A stretch of 64,000 nt of DNA from Chiloscyllium plagiosum (taxonomy: Eukaryota). A model generated the notes under the pieces. It searched no databases. It was not told where the DNA came from and saw only the letters and a program-made list of their open reading frames with translations. Below, piece after piece: positions 13,809 to 27,711 of this stretch. The stretch spans positions 33,068,805 through 33,132,804 of the forward strand of contig NC_057720.1 of the NCBI RefSeq assembly GCF_004010195.1. The letters are read 5' to 3'. A program made the position numbers and the translations under genes. The stretch's first letter is position 1. Each line of letters begins with the position of its first letter.

Positions 13809-14498
13809 TATGACATGGGGTTAAACCCCTCTGGTAATTTAAACCCACCACAGAAAAGGTTCACCTCGCGCCATAATCTAGTGTCAATGAATTATCCCAG
13901 ATCTCACCATTTAGTAAAATTAATAGTTTTATTCTTTAAGTCCAAAAGAGAAAATTAAATGACAACAATTTATAACTCACTTCTCTTCAACCTATTTCTA
14001 CCTCCCTAATCAACAATACTGGTCCAATAAATTCCCTCTTAAATTTACGGCAAATCACATGCAAACCCTGTTGACGTCACTGGATGTTGAACTTTCTCTG
14101 TAGATTTCTCTAGGTCAACTTCAGTAATCTGCTTCACAGGTCTTCATATGAACAGGTACCTGTCAGAGAGCTATTCGTCTAGCAATCTATATTTGTTGGT
14201 GCTGGCTTCACTGTCTTTGCTGTTCTCCCTCCAACTGTTCAAAATGTCTGATTTTATACCCCAAAACATTGGATCATTTCATTGGTTTCATGTTGTCAAA
14301 ATATTAAATTCAAATTTGATTGGATTTTGGATCTGGGGCATAATCTACACTGGCCAAATTTTGAATTTGTTTTTGTATCATGGCAATACAGCTCCAGCTA
14401 TTTGTTACAACCCACTGTTACATTTTACAATCTTTCAGAACACTTTGTGCCTCACTTTCAGCTCCTTTAAAGGTACAGCATATGTCCACAACTTCACA
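13809..14498 (-). mobile_element. Candidate solo LTR
   Basis: On -, it begins TGTGA and ends TCATA, with CCAAT boxes, TATAAAA (about 14252-14258) and AATAAA (about 13928-13933) in LTR order. No clean TSD. Confidence 0.35.
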
Positions 14499-14819
14499 AC
14501 ACTGTTTGTGGGCATTAATCAATTAACTGCAAGTTGTTGCTTCTCACCTTCAAAGGTAGGGTGTCCTTAACATTGATAAGTCAAATGTCATCTGAGGTCT
14601 GTTACCAAAATGATTCTAAATGAATCTGTTAATACCTTTCAGTCATTCCTTTTTATTAAATATTTGAGCATTCATTTTCTAAAATGGCATCTGCCTTTGT
14701 TGGATCGGTTTCTATTTTACAATAGCTTTTATTTATATTCAGAATATCGGTGAAGCAGAGTTTTATGATACTTCATTAGACATTGAGAATATATGACTCC
14801 AACAGGTTGTTTTTATAAA

Positions 14820-14926
14820 TCAACCTGTTCAGAGATGCTATTACACACTTACTACCAGTTGAGACTTGAACCAGGGCCTACGTTGCTCAGAAGTAAGGAT
14901 ACTACCACTGCACCACATGAGCACCA
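14820..14926 (-). mobile_element. Short (about 110 bp) tRNA-derived SINE
   Basis: On -: tggtgcagtggtag (A-box) and ggttcaagtc (B-box). Related copies at about 29325-29395(+), 29434-29548(+), 49980-50075(-) and 56390-56492(-). Confidence 0.6.
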
Positions 14927-15110
14927 GCAACAAGTGTTGTGCAGCAAAGTCAATTAGCTACAGCGAGCAATGGGAAAATGATACATGTGACTGAAATATG
15001 CTTCTTGCATTGATCTACAAAACCACTCCTGAAAACATCACTGATTTTGCTCTGTTCAATGCTCATGTGTTGTTGCAACTTCATCTCAAGATGTGGACAA
15101 ACGTACAAGG

Positions 15111-15605
15111 CAAAACAGAAATAGCTAGAAAAGCTCAGCAGATCTGGCATCATCTGTGGAGAGACATCAGACTTAACATTTCAGGTCCAATGATTCTTCC
15201 TCAGAACTGATGGTAACTAAGAAAAAATTTTTTTGGCAGAAGATGGGGTGCGAGGAGGGATAAAAGATACGTGGAAATAGAGCCCAAGGAAAGAGAAGAA
15301 CAGTTGAACAGATAAAGGAGTAGATAACAATCAGCCTGGGAGAATGAATAGCTACTAATGGAGCCTATTAGTGGGTAACAATGGGTTGTGTGAGATAGAC
15401 CATGTGACAACAAGGCCTGGTGTGGGGAGGTTGGGGAAAGGATATGGAGAAGGTGCCTCAAGCCCTAATATTGTTGAACTCTATATTGTGCCCAGAAGGC
15501 TGTAGAGTTCCCAAGCAAAAAAATGAGTTGCTGTTCTTCCAGCTTGCGCTGAGCTTCGCTGGAGCACTGCAGCAAGCCTGAGACAGAGATGTTGGCCAGG
15601 GAACA
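15111..15605 (-). mobile_element. Penelope-like element 3' region including the GIY-YIG endonuclease C-terminus
   Basis: The - strand of about 15465-15605 reads SLANISVSGLLQCSSEAQRKLEEQQLIF/LGTLQPSGHNIEFNN, a PLE endonuclease C-terminus. Degenerate hammerhead at 15171-15208. Confidence 0.8.
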
Positions 15606-17761
15606 AGCCATTCCCTGAATCATTTGGTGAAATACTTTAAAATAGAATTTCCCTTCAAGTCTTGCTCATTTATAAATGTACAGGCATTTACTTTTATAAT
15701 TTCTCAAATTTCAACATTAAAACACAGAAGGTAAACTAAAAGGTTATAGAATATCACAGTGTGGCAGAGTACCAGCTAGCTGTGTGCCAGTGACTGATCA
15801 TTGTGTAAAACATTACAGTAATTAGGCAGAGTTTACAATCTCAGCCACATTATTAAGAGGAGTTACCAAATGAGCATTCGCTGTCTGAGAAAGGGCAAAA
15901 CTTCGGTTGCATGTCGCATTCCACTATTTTGTTGAACCCCTCATCAAAGACAGAAGGAGAGAGAATAGAAATGAAATGACAAAATAGCTTCTATGGAATA
16001 GAAGATTAATTTAAAATTCTAGTGCCTTCCCTGAGGACATCGTGGGTACACAACCAATTCTGTAAAATATGTACATTGGCCAATAATAACTTCCCTCAGA
16101 AAACTGCAGCAGCATTGCAAAAAAGGAGAGTAAAAGAGAGCTCTTCTATGTATAATTTGAGATGTAGCCAATAACCAGCAACCTTTGTACACTGTCAAGT
16201 ATGTAGGTTAACCTCATCCAGGAATGGAATTGTATAGGTAAATATATCCATAAGGAGGCTGTAATATCACTAGCACGTATCCAGATCTTTCTCTATGAAT
16301 ATTTGAAAGAATGTAAAGCATCTTGAGGTGTTACAATGAGGGAAACTTGAGGTGACCATTAAAATGTTATAAGCCACACTCCCCCTATTCCTTCCACATT
16401 ACAATGGAGACTGCCTTACACACCACCCCAAAACAAAGGTTAGTTTCCTAGTTCACAAGCACATTGTTTTATTGGAATGGGTGGGTGTAGAATTTTGTAC
16501 ACTTATCTCAGCTGTATTGACACAAGGAAGGGGAATAAGAATACGAGGAAGTACTTTCTCAGTGGAAATGAAAATCACAGAATAAATCACAAGGTGCTCC
16601 ATTAGTGTACTTTTTAGTGTCTGCTTTTAATAACCTCAAAAATGTGGAGAAGCAAAAACAATGCTGATTTCATTTACTGTAATCAATGATAATTGAACTC
16701 CCTGGCTCAGTGAAAGCATTACAAAGCACAATAGTTGTGATAAGTTAATTGATTTCAGCCAGGTTGGCAACAGAGGTACCACAATTTGTCTCAATACCCA
16801 AGGTTAAGGAGATAACAAGATTTCACCTTATATTGCTAAATTGAATGAGAATCTAGTTTTAAAGGAACAACAGACATTGCAAGGAGACACATAATGTTTC
16901 AGCTGTCAACAAGTTAGGAAGTTGTCTGCATCAGTGTTGGTTTGCCTGGAAAACCTTCTCTGAGTTTGACTTGTATTTATGATTTGTACAAATATTTGGG
17001 GTGCTGGAAGTCCGTAACCTGATTATGCCACATTAGGAATGAGAGCGCTGAACAGGTTTAACAGTTAGCCACAAGAGACGGAATAAAATTGCATTTATAT
17101 ATTTCCTTTCACATCCTCAGAATGGCACTTCACAGCTAATTAATTACTTCTGAAGTCACTATTCCTTTAAAACATACAAATGACAACAATAGTTTCCTGA
17201 ATGGGTACATCTTTGTTGGAAGAATAAAGATGAATGAATAAAACTTACACATCATAGGTCTGATCACTCCAACAGAGGTACTCACTCTTTTATCTCTGGT
17301 TCAACTAATTAGGATAATTTCTATGCAAAAGAACTATGCCAATCCATAGAGAGGAAAATAATTAACATTAACAATCACAGGGCAATGTTTGATATTTTTG
17401 TTTAAAAGAGAGAAAAGACAAGTTAATATTTTGGACAGAGTCCTTCACAAAAATTAAGAAATGAAAGATAAACTAGCAATTTTAATGAAAAGAGAAAACA
17501 GAAGAGGGAAACGACAGATATTACAGTCACAGAAGGAAAGTTAATGGGTTGAATGACCTGTAACCCACTTATGCTTTTGTCTCTGATTCAATTAATTAGA
17601 ATAATTTTTCTCTGAAACAGAAACATGCCGTGTTCTATTCATATCATGTTGAGAAGGAATAAAATTTACACAATCAGATGGTAACTTTAACTTACCTTTC
17701 CTTTCTGAAAGGATTGAGAACTAAAAGATGAACTAACATTTTAGTCAAATCAGAAAATCAA

Positions 17762-17777
17762 GGGGGGGGGGGGGGGG
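17762..17777 (+). repeat. G16 homopolymer
   Basis: Seen directly. Confidence 0.9.
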
Positions 17778-20700
17778 TGCAGAGAAACAGGCACTACAAT
17801 CATGATGAGGAAATTAATGGACAGAATATGTATACCACTTAAACACAAGAAATTGTTAGATAATGTGAAAAATGATCAGGATTAGATTGATGGAAAGAAA
17901 TTAAGAGAAATGAAAGAACTGGCCAGAAACTGTTAAGCTGAAAGGCTGGACAATGGTGAAAAGTGAGAAAATAATAATGCATAAAGCCTTCAACAAAAGG
18001 GTAAAAATAAATACTGCAGTTAAAGCATCAAATTTTCTCCTTAATTGAAAGGACAAAAAAAATCAAGTAAACTCAAGTATGAATGTACAATCTTCCTCAC
18101 CCAGTTCCTTTATGCACAATATCCAAGGTGATGCCCTGAAAAATTACAAAACTATCACCTGCAGTTATGTCCAATTATAAAAAGACCGAAGGTGAAATAA
18201 GAATAAGATAAGTAACAGCTTCCCCATCATGAGCAAGTGTTTTGCAAAAGACTATGTAGGCAGAATTAAAATAAAATTCAATTTATGATCAGTGATATGA
18301 TAATGGCAAGTGTACATTGTTTAAAATAATATTAAAAATGAGCACATTTGTTAATGTAAAGGACAATTACAATGGGTACTTTGTATAGTTTTGTGATCAC
18401 ATGTATTTGATGTTATAAAGGTTTGCTATGGCAGTCAGTTTGGCAGCAATGCAACAGAATTGTTAAGAGTAAATTCTTCCAGTAATTAAGCATGCCAAGA
18501 AGTTATGCCACCAGACTGATAACATCCCTTATTAAAAAGTATACAATAGAATATCTGCAAAAGTTGATGTAGTTTATACTGATGTCCACTTTGTGTTGAT
18601 TCAAGCACCTCCCATTTTCAATCCCTATGACTGAAAACAGTGTTTGATTTGTTTTTAACGTACTTACTTGGCCTTCCTATTGTATCATCTGACTTCTCCG
18701 TGGCAAGATTGGCAGCACTTCACATAGTCTTTTCAGTGAAATGAGGCCTTCTTTGGAATACCACGTGTTGAAAATCTTTTGTTTTTAAACAAGATTCCTT
18801 TCTTTCATGCATAGCAAATAGGATCTTAAAAGTTGGACCATTATTACAGTATGATCTGTATGCCACAGGATATGTACCAAACTTAATCCATCAAAGTGCT
18901 TTTTCCCTCTGTGTTAACAACATTGGTAAAATCAGTGCTTTTCTTCTTAGTTACATTCCAAGAGAATACAATTATTCCTTCAGTAACTTTGTCTTTCTTG
19001 TTTTGGTTAATATTCTTTATGAAATACAATGCAATATGTCTTCCAGATATTATTCTAAAGTTTATTTTGAAGTAATTTACAAATCCATTTAATGTTTTAA
19101 TTGTGCCTTGTAATTTTCCTTGTGTAGAATGGTTTTCATTTGTATTTATGAGAGATCTATTCCAGCAACTGACCAGACCTTTGCTGCAGGTCAGGCATTA
19201 GTACAATAATAACAGACTTCAAAGAAGACTTGGAATTAGATCTGTTTTTTCCTCTGTAGCTGATATTTGGAATACTGTAAGGTAAACTGTTAACATTGTA
19301 TTATTAATATTATTAATATCTGTAGAAACAGCCAAGCAAGCACTTATTTAGAACTAAAATTGAAGAGTCTTATTTCACCATGAGATATTGAATACCGTGT
19401 TGAACATGGCAGATTTTGAAATGCAGAATTCTAATCACTGAGAAGTCAGGTCATATCGGAATAACACCAAAGTTAAGCTTTAACAGGGATTATTAAGCTT
19501 GGCCAAACACCGTCCAGGAAGCATAAGGAGAACCTTCACTCAAGCTGAATGGTTAGAGTGCATGGAGTGGAAGAACAGAATTAAAAATGCAGGATGGACA
19601 CAACACGTGCAAGGAAAGGTATTAATAGGTTGAAAGATTTTTAAAAATTGTTTATTATCCTCCATTATTTCTTCTGTACATATGCCAAGTAAGGTGATGT
19701 TCAGAGGCAGAAATCTGCCACTGCTTCAACAATATGTTTGAATCTCAATATTAGGAGCGCATCCCCTTCTATATCACTATGACTTCTCCATTTCCAACAC
19801 TATTCTTCCTTGTGGCCTTTCCAAATGAGATTTATAATTTAGTACTAATTTGTGCCAAATTATTTTGTACTGGGTATAAGCCTGCAGAAATTGAGTTGAG
19901 ACTACCAAAACTACTTCCTTTGCAGTTTGCCAAGAAAGATGATGATTTTCTATTGATTTGTTTTTTAATGTGCTTTTTTCTCATAATTCAATCTTTCAGA
20001 AGGGGACTTAGAAATTGATACCTTGTTCAGAAACAACACCTTGCATGACCATCATCTTCAAACCTATCAATGGTGTGACCTAAGTTCACCAGATATTAGG
20101 CCTCAGGTCTCACATCAATGTTCTCAATGAAGAATGAACATTCCTGCAGTGAGCTCAATACCTAGTTTAGATCACTCCAATTGTTATAGTCACTATCAGG
20201 TAGGTGTATTTACCTTTTCAATAACAAAAGGTATCCTAACCCTGGAGTTTTTTCCTACTGCACAACTTTGTCAAAGCTTCGTAGAAGGCAAGATAGGTAA
20301 CAATATAATGTTCAACCAACCTTTATGTTACTTCTTAATGAACTTAAGACCAGTGTGACAGAATATGGATATAACAAGTTAAGAGAATACTTAATAGAAC
20401 ACATACCTCCAGCGTTTCATGTTAACTCAACATGGTTTTACAAAAAGGTTCTTCCTTGATACCTTTCTCTGCCTGGTTACTGCTCTGTGATTCTATCTCA
20501 CTGAGGAGGCTTCAGGCCAATCCACATCCAACAAACTGCTCTGAAACCGCTGTTCACATTTTGACAGCTGTTGCAATTTTTTTTCAAGCAGCTGAAACAA
20601 TCCACAATATTCTAAAATAATCAATAAACTTCTTAAAACAAAAAGGTTAATTTGTCCAATAACTCAATATTGGTGGATCCTTTAATAAAATCCACATTCA

Positions 20701-21589
20701 GATCTTGATCAAAAAATTAATCTTATTTTCCTTGGGTTACACTCTATCTTGTACCAATCTTTTTTGGATCTAACATTCACAACAATTAAGAAACAGCGGC
20801 AAAAATATTACCTCTTACCACCTTCAGTGGCAGAAGTTTTTTCTATAAGTATTACAACTCATGTTTTATAATAATTTTAAATACGATTAAAAACTCAATG
20901 CTCAAACTGTATCAGGGCAGAGGCAAACATCAAAACTGCACTGCCTTATCTGTGAAGAATGCTTGGAATGATCTATTGGATTTTGGCACCCATTTAGGAA
21001 ATCATTATTAAAAATATATTAAGTATATTTATGTAAAGTGAAAGGTCGTCACTTTATAATTCTTGGTTTGGAAGCATATGCCAATGCACAACCTTTCATT
21101 CTCAATTACAATTAATCTCTAACTGTTCAGAAGTGCATAATGTTGGCAAGTAAATGTTGTTGTCATGGTTAGGAGATAATATATCTTAACAGAATAATGG
21201 ATGATGCACTGTGTAATACCCCTGTTATTATAAAATATTGCACCATGAGAAATCCCCTAGCATTAACCTCATGCCTCCTTAGTTTTTACTGCTTACCCAA
21301 ACAATTGATTGAGTGCATTGCAATTAATATATATTAAAATAATGAGCTATGTTGTTATTTAAAATAAAACCTAACCAAAAAGCATCTTTGGTATTTCAGT
21401 GCCACAGGGTTATTTAAATATCAATGTAATAATTTAAATATCATTGAAGTTGTTCCACTTACTTTGTCGCTGTACTGAGTAGTGTCCTTTTTCCACCAAA
21501 GTACAGAGTTTAGTAAATTAGCATTGTTTCACTAGTGCTAGGAAATGGCCTCCCCCTTCCTAAATTTCCCCTCCCCCTGCTAAATTTCC

Positions 21590-22710
21590 TTCTTACAAAG
21601 CCATTTGACTCTGACTGATTTCGTTTAAATTTTCTAAGTGTCACATTATAACCTCTTTTGTAACAGATATCAGATTTTCCCAATGTCAGAAGTTAAGCTA
21701 ACTGGCCTGCAGTTTCCTGCTTTGTGTACCTTTACTTTCTTGCATAGAGGAGTCACAGTTGCTATTTTCTAATCTAATGGAAACTTTCCAGATTCTATGG
21801 TATTTTGGAATACTAAAGCCAATGCATCTCCTATCTTAGCAGCTATTATAAAGCCACAGGATGAAATACATCATGACCAGGGACTTGTCAACTTTTATTT
21901 TGAATAATTTTCTCAGTACCTTCCCCTGCTAATTGTAATTGTCTTAAAGTCTTCCTCCCTTTCAGCTCCTGATAAGAATTATTTCTGAGATTTGTATTCT
22001 TTATGGTGAAGATAGGTGCAAAAGCTCTGTTCACTTCGTCCACTATGTTTTTAATTAACATTAATACTCCCCAGTCTCACTCTCTTGATGATCAACATTC
22101 TTTCTCCTTACTTCCCTTTTTAAATATCTGTGAAATATCTTACTATCCATTTTCATATTTCTAGCTAGCTTTCTCTTAATAATCCTGTAGATACTCTTCT
22201 TTATATTCTGTCCAATTTTCTATCCTGCCACTCACCCGCTAAAGAATGATACATTTGTTATTTCAACTTAATATCATTTTTAGCTTCTTTGTTAGACTTT
22301 GATGGTGCGTCACTGCCTTAGTAAAATATATGTACTCGAACGTATATTTTCTGGGTACTCTGAAATGATTCCTTAAATGTCTACCACTGCAGATCTACAG
22401 ACCTCTACATTAAACTAATTTCCCAGTTTGCTTCTGCCAATTCAGTCTTCAGTTACCTTAGTTATCTTAAAGTTTAGAATGTTAGTCATTTCTCCCTCAA
22501 ACAAAATGTGGAAGCTTATAATATTATGATAACTGCTACTTGGGGTACCTTTACTATGAGGTCACTAATGAATCTCATCTTGGCCCCTTATTGAATGACA
22601 AAGCTCTGACCCCAGTAACCAAGCTAGTGGACCTTCATTGCACTACCTCCAATGGAAGTACATCTTTCCTTAAATATAGAGACCAAAACAGGGTACAGGA
22701 TTCCCGGTGT
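21590..22710 (-). mobile_element. Highly decayed CR1-like LINE fragments
   Basis: gttaagctaactggcctgcagtttcc (NCRPVSLT on -, cf. the CR1 NYRPVSLT motif) and agaccaaaacagggtacag (cf. YCVQFWS). Confidence 0.55.
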
Positions 22711-25700
22711 CTCAGAGTCTGGACCCATTTACATAAATTACGAGATTTAGGTAAATTTCACCAGTTGGAATGTTGTACAGGTTTCACCTGCTGGATGCTA
22801 ACAAACAAGCAGCTTGTTTTCTTTAAAAGCTTTAGAAACTAAATATCAGTGTCAGCATTATTTTCAGACAGATGAACAATTATTTCATGAGGAAATCAAT
22901 TGTTGATACAGGCTGTAAACTGTGGGTTCTGGTCTTAAATCTTGAAGCAAGAGAGATCAGTTAAATGTTTTCCAGATCTTAACGTTCCCATTTTATAAAT
23001 ATTGTTTATAATAGACAATATAGATGAGATTACGTAGGGGTGAGCTGATAAGATTAAGCCTGATAACATGATATAACCTGACACACACACAAACTTGCAC
23101 TTGTAGGGTACAATTATTGTGGGGATAAAAGTAATATATTTCATAGTGAAATGGATTGCAAACAATAATAAAAGGAAGAGAGAAAGCTGAAAGCAACTTT
23201 GAAGAGAAGCTATTTTTCCAGCCAGCAGACGTGCATTGAGGATTTAAGAAATGTGTTCCTGAAGACAGGGCCTTAATTTAAAATAAATTATGAAGAAAGG
23301 GAGTCTGCATTAGACATGGAAACTTGGTAAGACTTCCAGTTTAAAGGAGATCTTACTGCCACGTTATAAAACAATAGTTTCAAAATTAATGCACACAAGG
23401 TGAAGATCTGAGGATATGGTCAGATTTGTGATTGTCCTCCGAAAGTGGCATGGGGTAAAGATAAAATGATTTTATTTTTCTTCTTCACAATGTAAATGAC
23501 AAAAGTTCCCCTATGAAATGCTATCTAGTTGTGACTGCGTACAGACATATTTATGCAAATTCTTGTCAGGTGAAAGGTTTCACACTTTAACAGCGAGGAC
23601 AACATCCAAACCTTTTTCAATAAAACAAAAAGGATTAAGCCTTAAAACTGAATCCAGGGTTAATACGCAAATCAATCACAGCTGAGCCACAGCTAGAGCA
23701 ACCAATCTGATGAAAGGCCAACAGAATTTGTAATGACAGATGATCTACAATGTTCCACTTTCTCTTTTTCATATTGCAATCCCAATTTGCCTTAGGTGCA
23801 GGAAAGAGGAACAAATACATTCTCTCCCTCCCTCCCAACCCCTATATGACAGCAATATTATAATGAAGGCAACTTAACACAGTGCTTACTGCTTTATATT
23901 CTGCCTAATCTGCATAATAAAAATCAGTGATACTGTGATTGGTGATTATACTTGGCAGCAGATGGCACATGAAAAGGCCTGTGGATTTTGCTCTACTTGA
24001 GGCCATGAATAGGATAGAGCTGCAAAGCAGCTCCTTATCTACACAGAATGAGTAGACCTGCTCAGCATATCAGTCTGTTTTTTCAGAGCATTTTGCTTAC
24101 TACTTGAAGTAAAACTGATAGAGCTGTTGTTGTACAGTATAACTTGGCCAGAATTAGTTAAGAGTAAGAAAATCTCACTAAAGGCTAAATTTAGAAAGAG
24201 CTTAATCCTGTTACATGTTCTTCTACTATAAGGCCACCCACTGACTGCTTCCTTTAAGGTAAACCTCTTATAAACAGGTCAGGTATAAATTTAAACATTA
24301 CTGGAAGCTAATTATAATACTGTCCTTATTTAAAAGAATTAAGAGAAACTTCAATCTAGTTCTCTCACCTAGATTATGCTTTGTCCTTTCTTGCTCAAGA
24401 AAATAAGGAAACGAAACCCTCTCCAATCCAAGCAGTGTGTAGGTACAGCACAGTCAGATCAAAAGCAAAGCTCCATCTCAGCTACCTCAACATGCCTCAG
24501 TTCCAACCTTCAAAGCACCAACCATTTTATCACCAGTAGAGGTATGACGTTTCTTTTAATTCCCACATACTGGTCATTAGTCATCTTGGTGAGTGGTTGA
24601 TGGTAAATGGCAAATGAAGTAGGATTTTTTTTTGCTCTCAGCTCAAGCTTACTAATAACTGAACTCAAACACTAAATTCACTAACACAGTTTACATTGAA
24701 CGTTTACAGTCAGAGACATTTTATTTCATTAATCTCAATGACATTTAAACCAAGATCTCCCAGATCTGAAATGTCAGCCATCTATCCCCACTCCCAGTTT
24801 GTTTTGCTTCATTTAAGATTTTTGATACAGAATACTTGGGTCTGAATACATTATCCATCAAGTATGTTTAATGGATGTTAGTAAATATCTTTAAACAAGT
24901 TTTATTTTAGTACCTGGACATTTCCTTTGAGCTCTTTATCTTTCTTCCCTGGTTTGTTTTGGTTGATTACAATATATCCTTTTAGAAATTGGATGTCAAG
25001 TGGAATTTTACCCCCATTTGTTATTTTGTAAGTGATCTATTACACATTAGTAAAATGCATCTGAGAGGCACTTAAAAAATAAAATGCTTCATTAATTAAA
25101 AGTAGAAGCGAGCCCTTTTTCAATAACATACTTAACAGGCCAACTCAAAGAAGAAACTCTTATTAGTTTTAGGCTATTTATAGATTGAACAAATCACTTC
25201 CAGGATAGCAGAACCCACATGTACAATCAAAAGAGTATCACAGCTGTATAGGTCATAGTCTCTTAATGAAGACCACATGATGTAATAGATGACTCAATAA
25301 ACAATATTAAAAGAATAATTCAGGCATTTCAGCTGGGTAAATAATGGGCTACAAAGAAGGAAAGCATGTTTGAGGGTTGAAACAGAATATTGCACATATT
25401 TGACAAAGACTGGAATCTTTGTGGGTTTTCCTCTTGATTACTTTTAACTCCATGCACTTCCTCCAGAAAGGGAAGTTGTTCAGGTGCAAACAAGTTGCAG
25501 TTATTTCACCAGAAAATGAATTTACTACGGTTACTAATTCCATCCATTCCTCATGTTCTGCTTCACTTTGTTGTGCCTTTCTCCGGCCTTTATGCTGGAT
25601 TTTCCCACAGACATCTGTAACAAGCCCACTGACACTCCGTGGCCCCAACAACCCCCAATCATCCCTACTGCATTTTTTTGTAAATAGTCTAACCATGTCT

Positions 25701-25909
25701 GTGAATCTCACCTGGCTCATTTTGCTCTGTTAGTTTCATTTTCCAAACTAGAGGTTCTGGAAGTTATTTCTTCCTCTGTCACTGACAACGTTGAATTTCG
25801 AATGAACATTGACCTCAAGTTAGGAAAATACCAGGTTACCAGTTGTTAGTTAAATGTTGGGTGGCTTGAATCTGCATTGGCAAAAGATTTTTCATGTTCC
25901 TTTTTTATA

Positions 25910-26734
25910 AAGTTAGCTATCAGCCTCTGCTCGGCCAATTTTTTCTGATTTTTAAGTTCGGTACCCATAGGGAGGGTCTCAACCGGGACCTTGGGTTCAT
26001 GTCACATTACAGGTGACCACCATTGCACTATATACACACACAGGCACAGGCACTCCTATATACACGGCCACACAAACGCGCACACAGGCACCCACACACA
26101 CCCTTACAGACACACACACTCCCACATGCACCCCCTCACAGACTTAAGACACTCTGCACTCACTACACACATACATACATATCCTTTCTCACACTCAAGC
26201 CCCAACCCAGACAGACACACACATAGACAAAGACCCACATGCACACATATTTTGTGGGGTGAATTTGTACTTGCAGGATTATATTGTACTTTGCTCAAAA
26301 ACTGCATGAATTTATGTAAAACTCAGTTTTCACACTTTTTAGATTAGAATCAATCTAAACATCATGGCATAGACAAAGAACATGGGGGCCAACACCTTCA
26401 ACATATTGTCTAGCTATCACCATTGTTAACAGCTAACCCGAGAATGCAACTTTTTAAAAAAAGGTTTTGTGATTTACACAAGAAAGAAGTAAAACTATCA
26501 CTGTATTCTAACAGATGAAAGGCTTATAAATTTTTCAATGTATGATTTCAGTTACATCACACTGTAAATTTTTGCTATAAATTCTGTGTGTTAGGATTGA
26601 GCCCTCCACTACCACCTGATGAAGGAGCGTCGCTTCGAAAGCTAGTGTGCTTCCAATTAAACCTGTTGGACTATAACCTGGTGTTGCGTGATTTTTAACT
26701 TTGTACACCCCAGTCCAACACTGGCATCTCCAAA
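25910..26734 (+). mobile_element. Penelope-like element, 5'-truncated with a 5' inversion and a 12-bp TSD
   Basis: ORF end KFGTHREGLNRDLGFMSHYR*, CA-rich UTR, hammerhead at 26612-26648. TSD tccttttttata at 25898-25909 and 26735-26746. Confidence 0.85.
26612..26648 (+). ncRNA. Minimal hammerhead ribozyme motif
   Basis: CAC-CUGAUGA-A-GGAGC(GUC)GCUUC-GAAA-GC-UA-GUG; palindromic AGCU helix III. Confidence 0.65.
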
Positions 26735-27074
26735 TCCTTTTTTATAGGTTGGTTTGGGGACTTGTTTTGGAATCTGAATTTAAACTGTTGTACTTGTGAA
26801 ACCTTGGTCAGGAAATTACAGGGTGTATAACTCCTTCCCTCACCTGCCAACGAGCTAGGTCTGTAAGCATAAGACAGAGAGAAGGTGAAATTGAAGCAGA
26901 ATGAAACTTACACTTTTCAGTGGGAGAAAGTCCCAGCCTCTGAAGCTGCTGGATCAGCTCCAAGAGTCCAGGTGGTGCCAGAGCTCCCTAGTGGGCACTC
27001 CTGGGATTGCAGACAGCCCATGAAGGTCAGATGATAGGTTTCAAAGTCAGCATACTCTCCAGAGAGGTCTTATT

Positions 27075-27582
27075 ATAGAGTCATAGATGTACAACATGGA
27101 AACAGAGCCTTCGGTCCAACCCGTCCATGCCGACCAGATTCCCAACCCAATCTAGTCCCGCCTGCCAGCACCTGGCCCATATCCCTCCAAACCCTTCCTA
27201 TTCATATACCCATCCAAATGCCTCTTAAATGATGCAATTGTACCAGCCTCCACCACATCCTCTGCCAGCTTATTCCATACATGTACCACCCTGTGTGAAA
27301 AAGTTGCCCCTTAGGTCTCTTTTATATCTTTCCCCTCTCACCCTAAACCTATGCCCTCTAGTTCTGGACTCCCTGACCCCAGGGAAAAGACTTTGTCTAT
27401 TTAGCTTATCCATGCCTCTCATAATTTTGTAAACCTCTATAAGGTCACCCCTCAGCCTCTGACGCTCCAGGGAAAACCTGTACTCAATACTCTGACCAAT
27501 AAAGGAAAGCATACCAAATGCCTTCTTCACTATCCTATCTACCTGCAACTCCACTTTCAAGGAGCTATGAAACTGCACTCCG
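27075..27582 (-). mobile_element. CR1-clade (HER1-like) LINE 3' end with an internal deletion
   Basis: ORF 27270-27611(-) joins KKAFGMLSFI..IEYR directly to FSLERQRLRGDLIEVYK. Confidence 0.88.
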
Positions 27583-27711
27583 TTCTTGCAGTATTGCCAC
27601 AAAATGGACAAAGGGCAACCCTCACAAGTCTAAAAGATGGTAACATCTACCTTCCCATTGTTTTAAACACTTTAAAAAAAAGTCTGTCCACGCTCAATTA
27701 ACCTTTAAGAT

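Noticed and set aside
25991..26347. His/Thr-rich 118-aa ORF
   Set aside because: Translation of the CA-rich PLE untranslated region.
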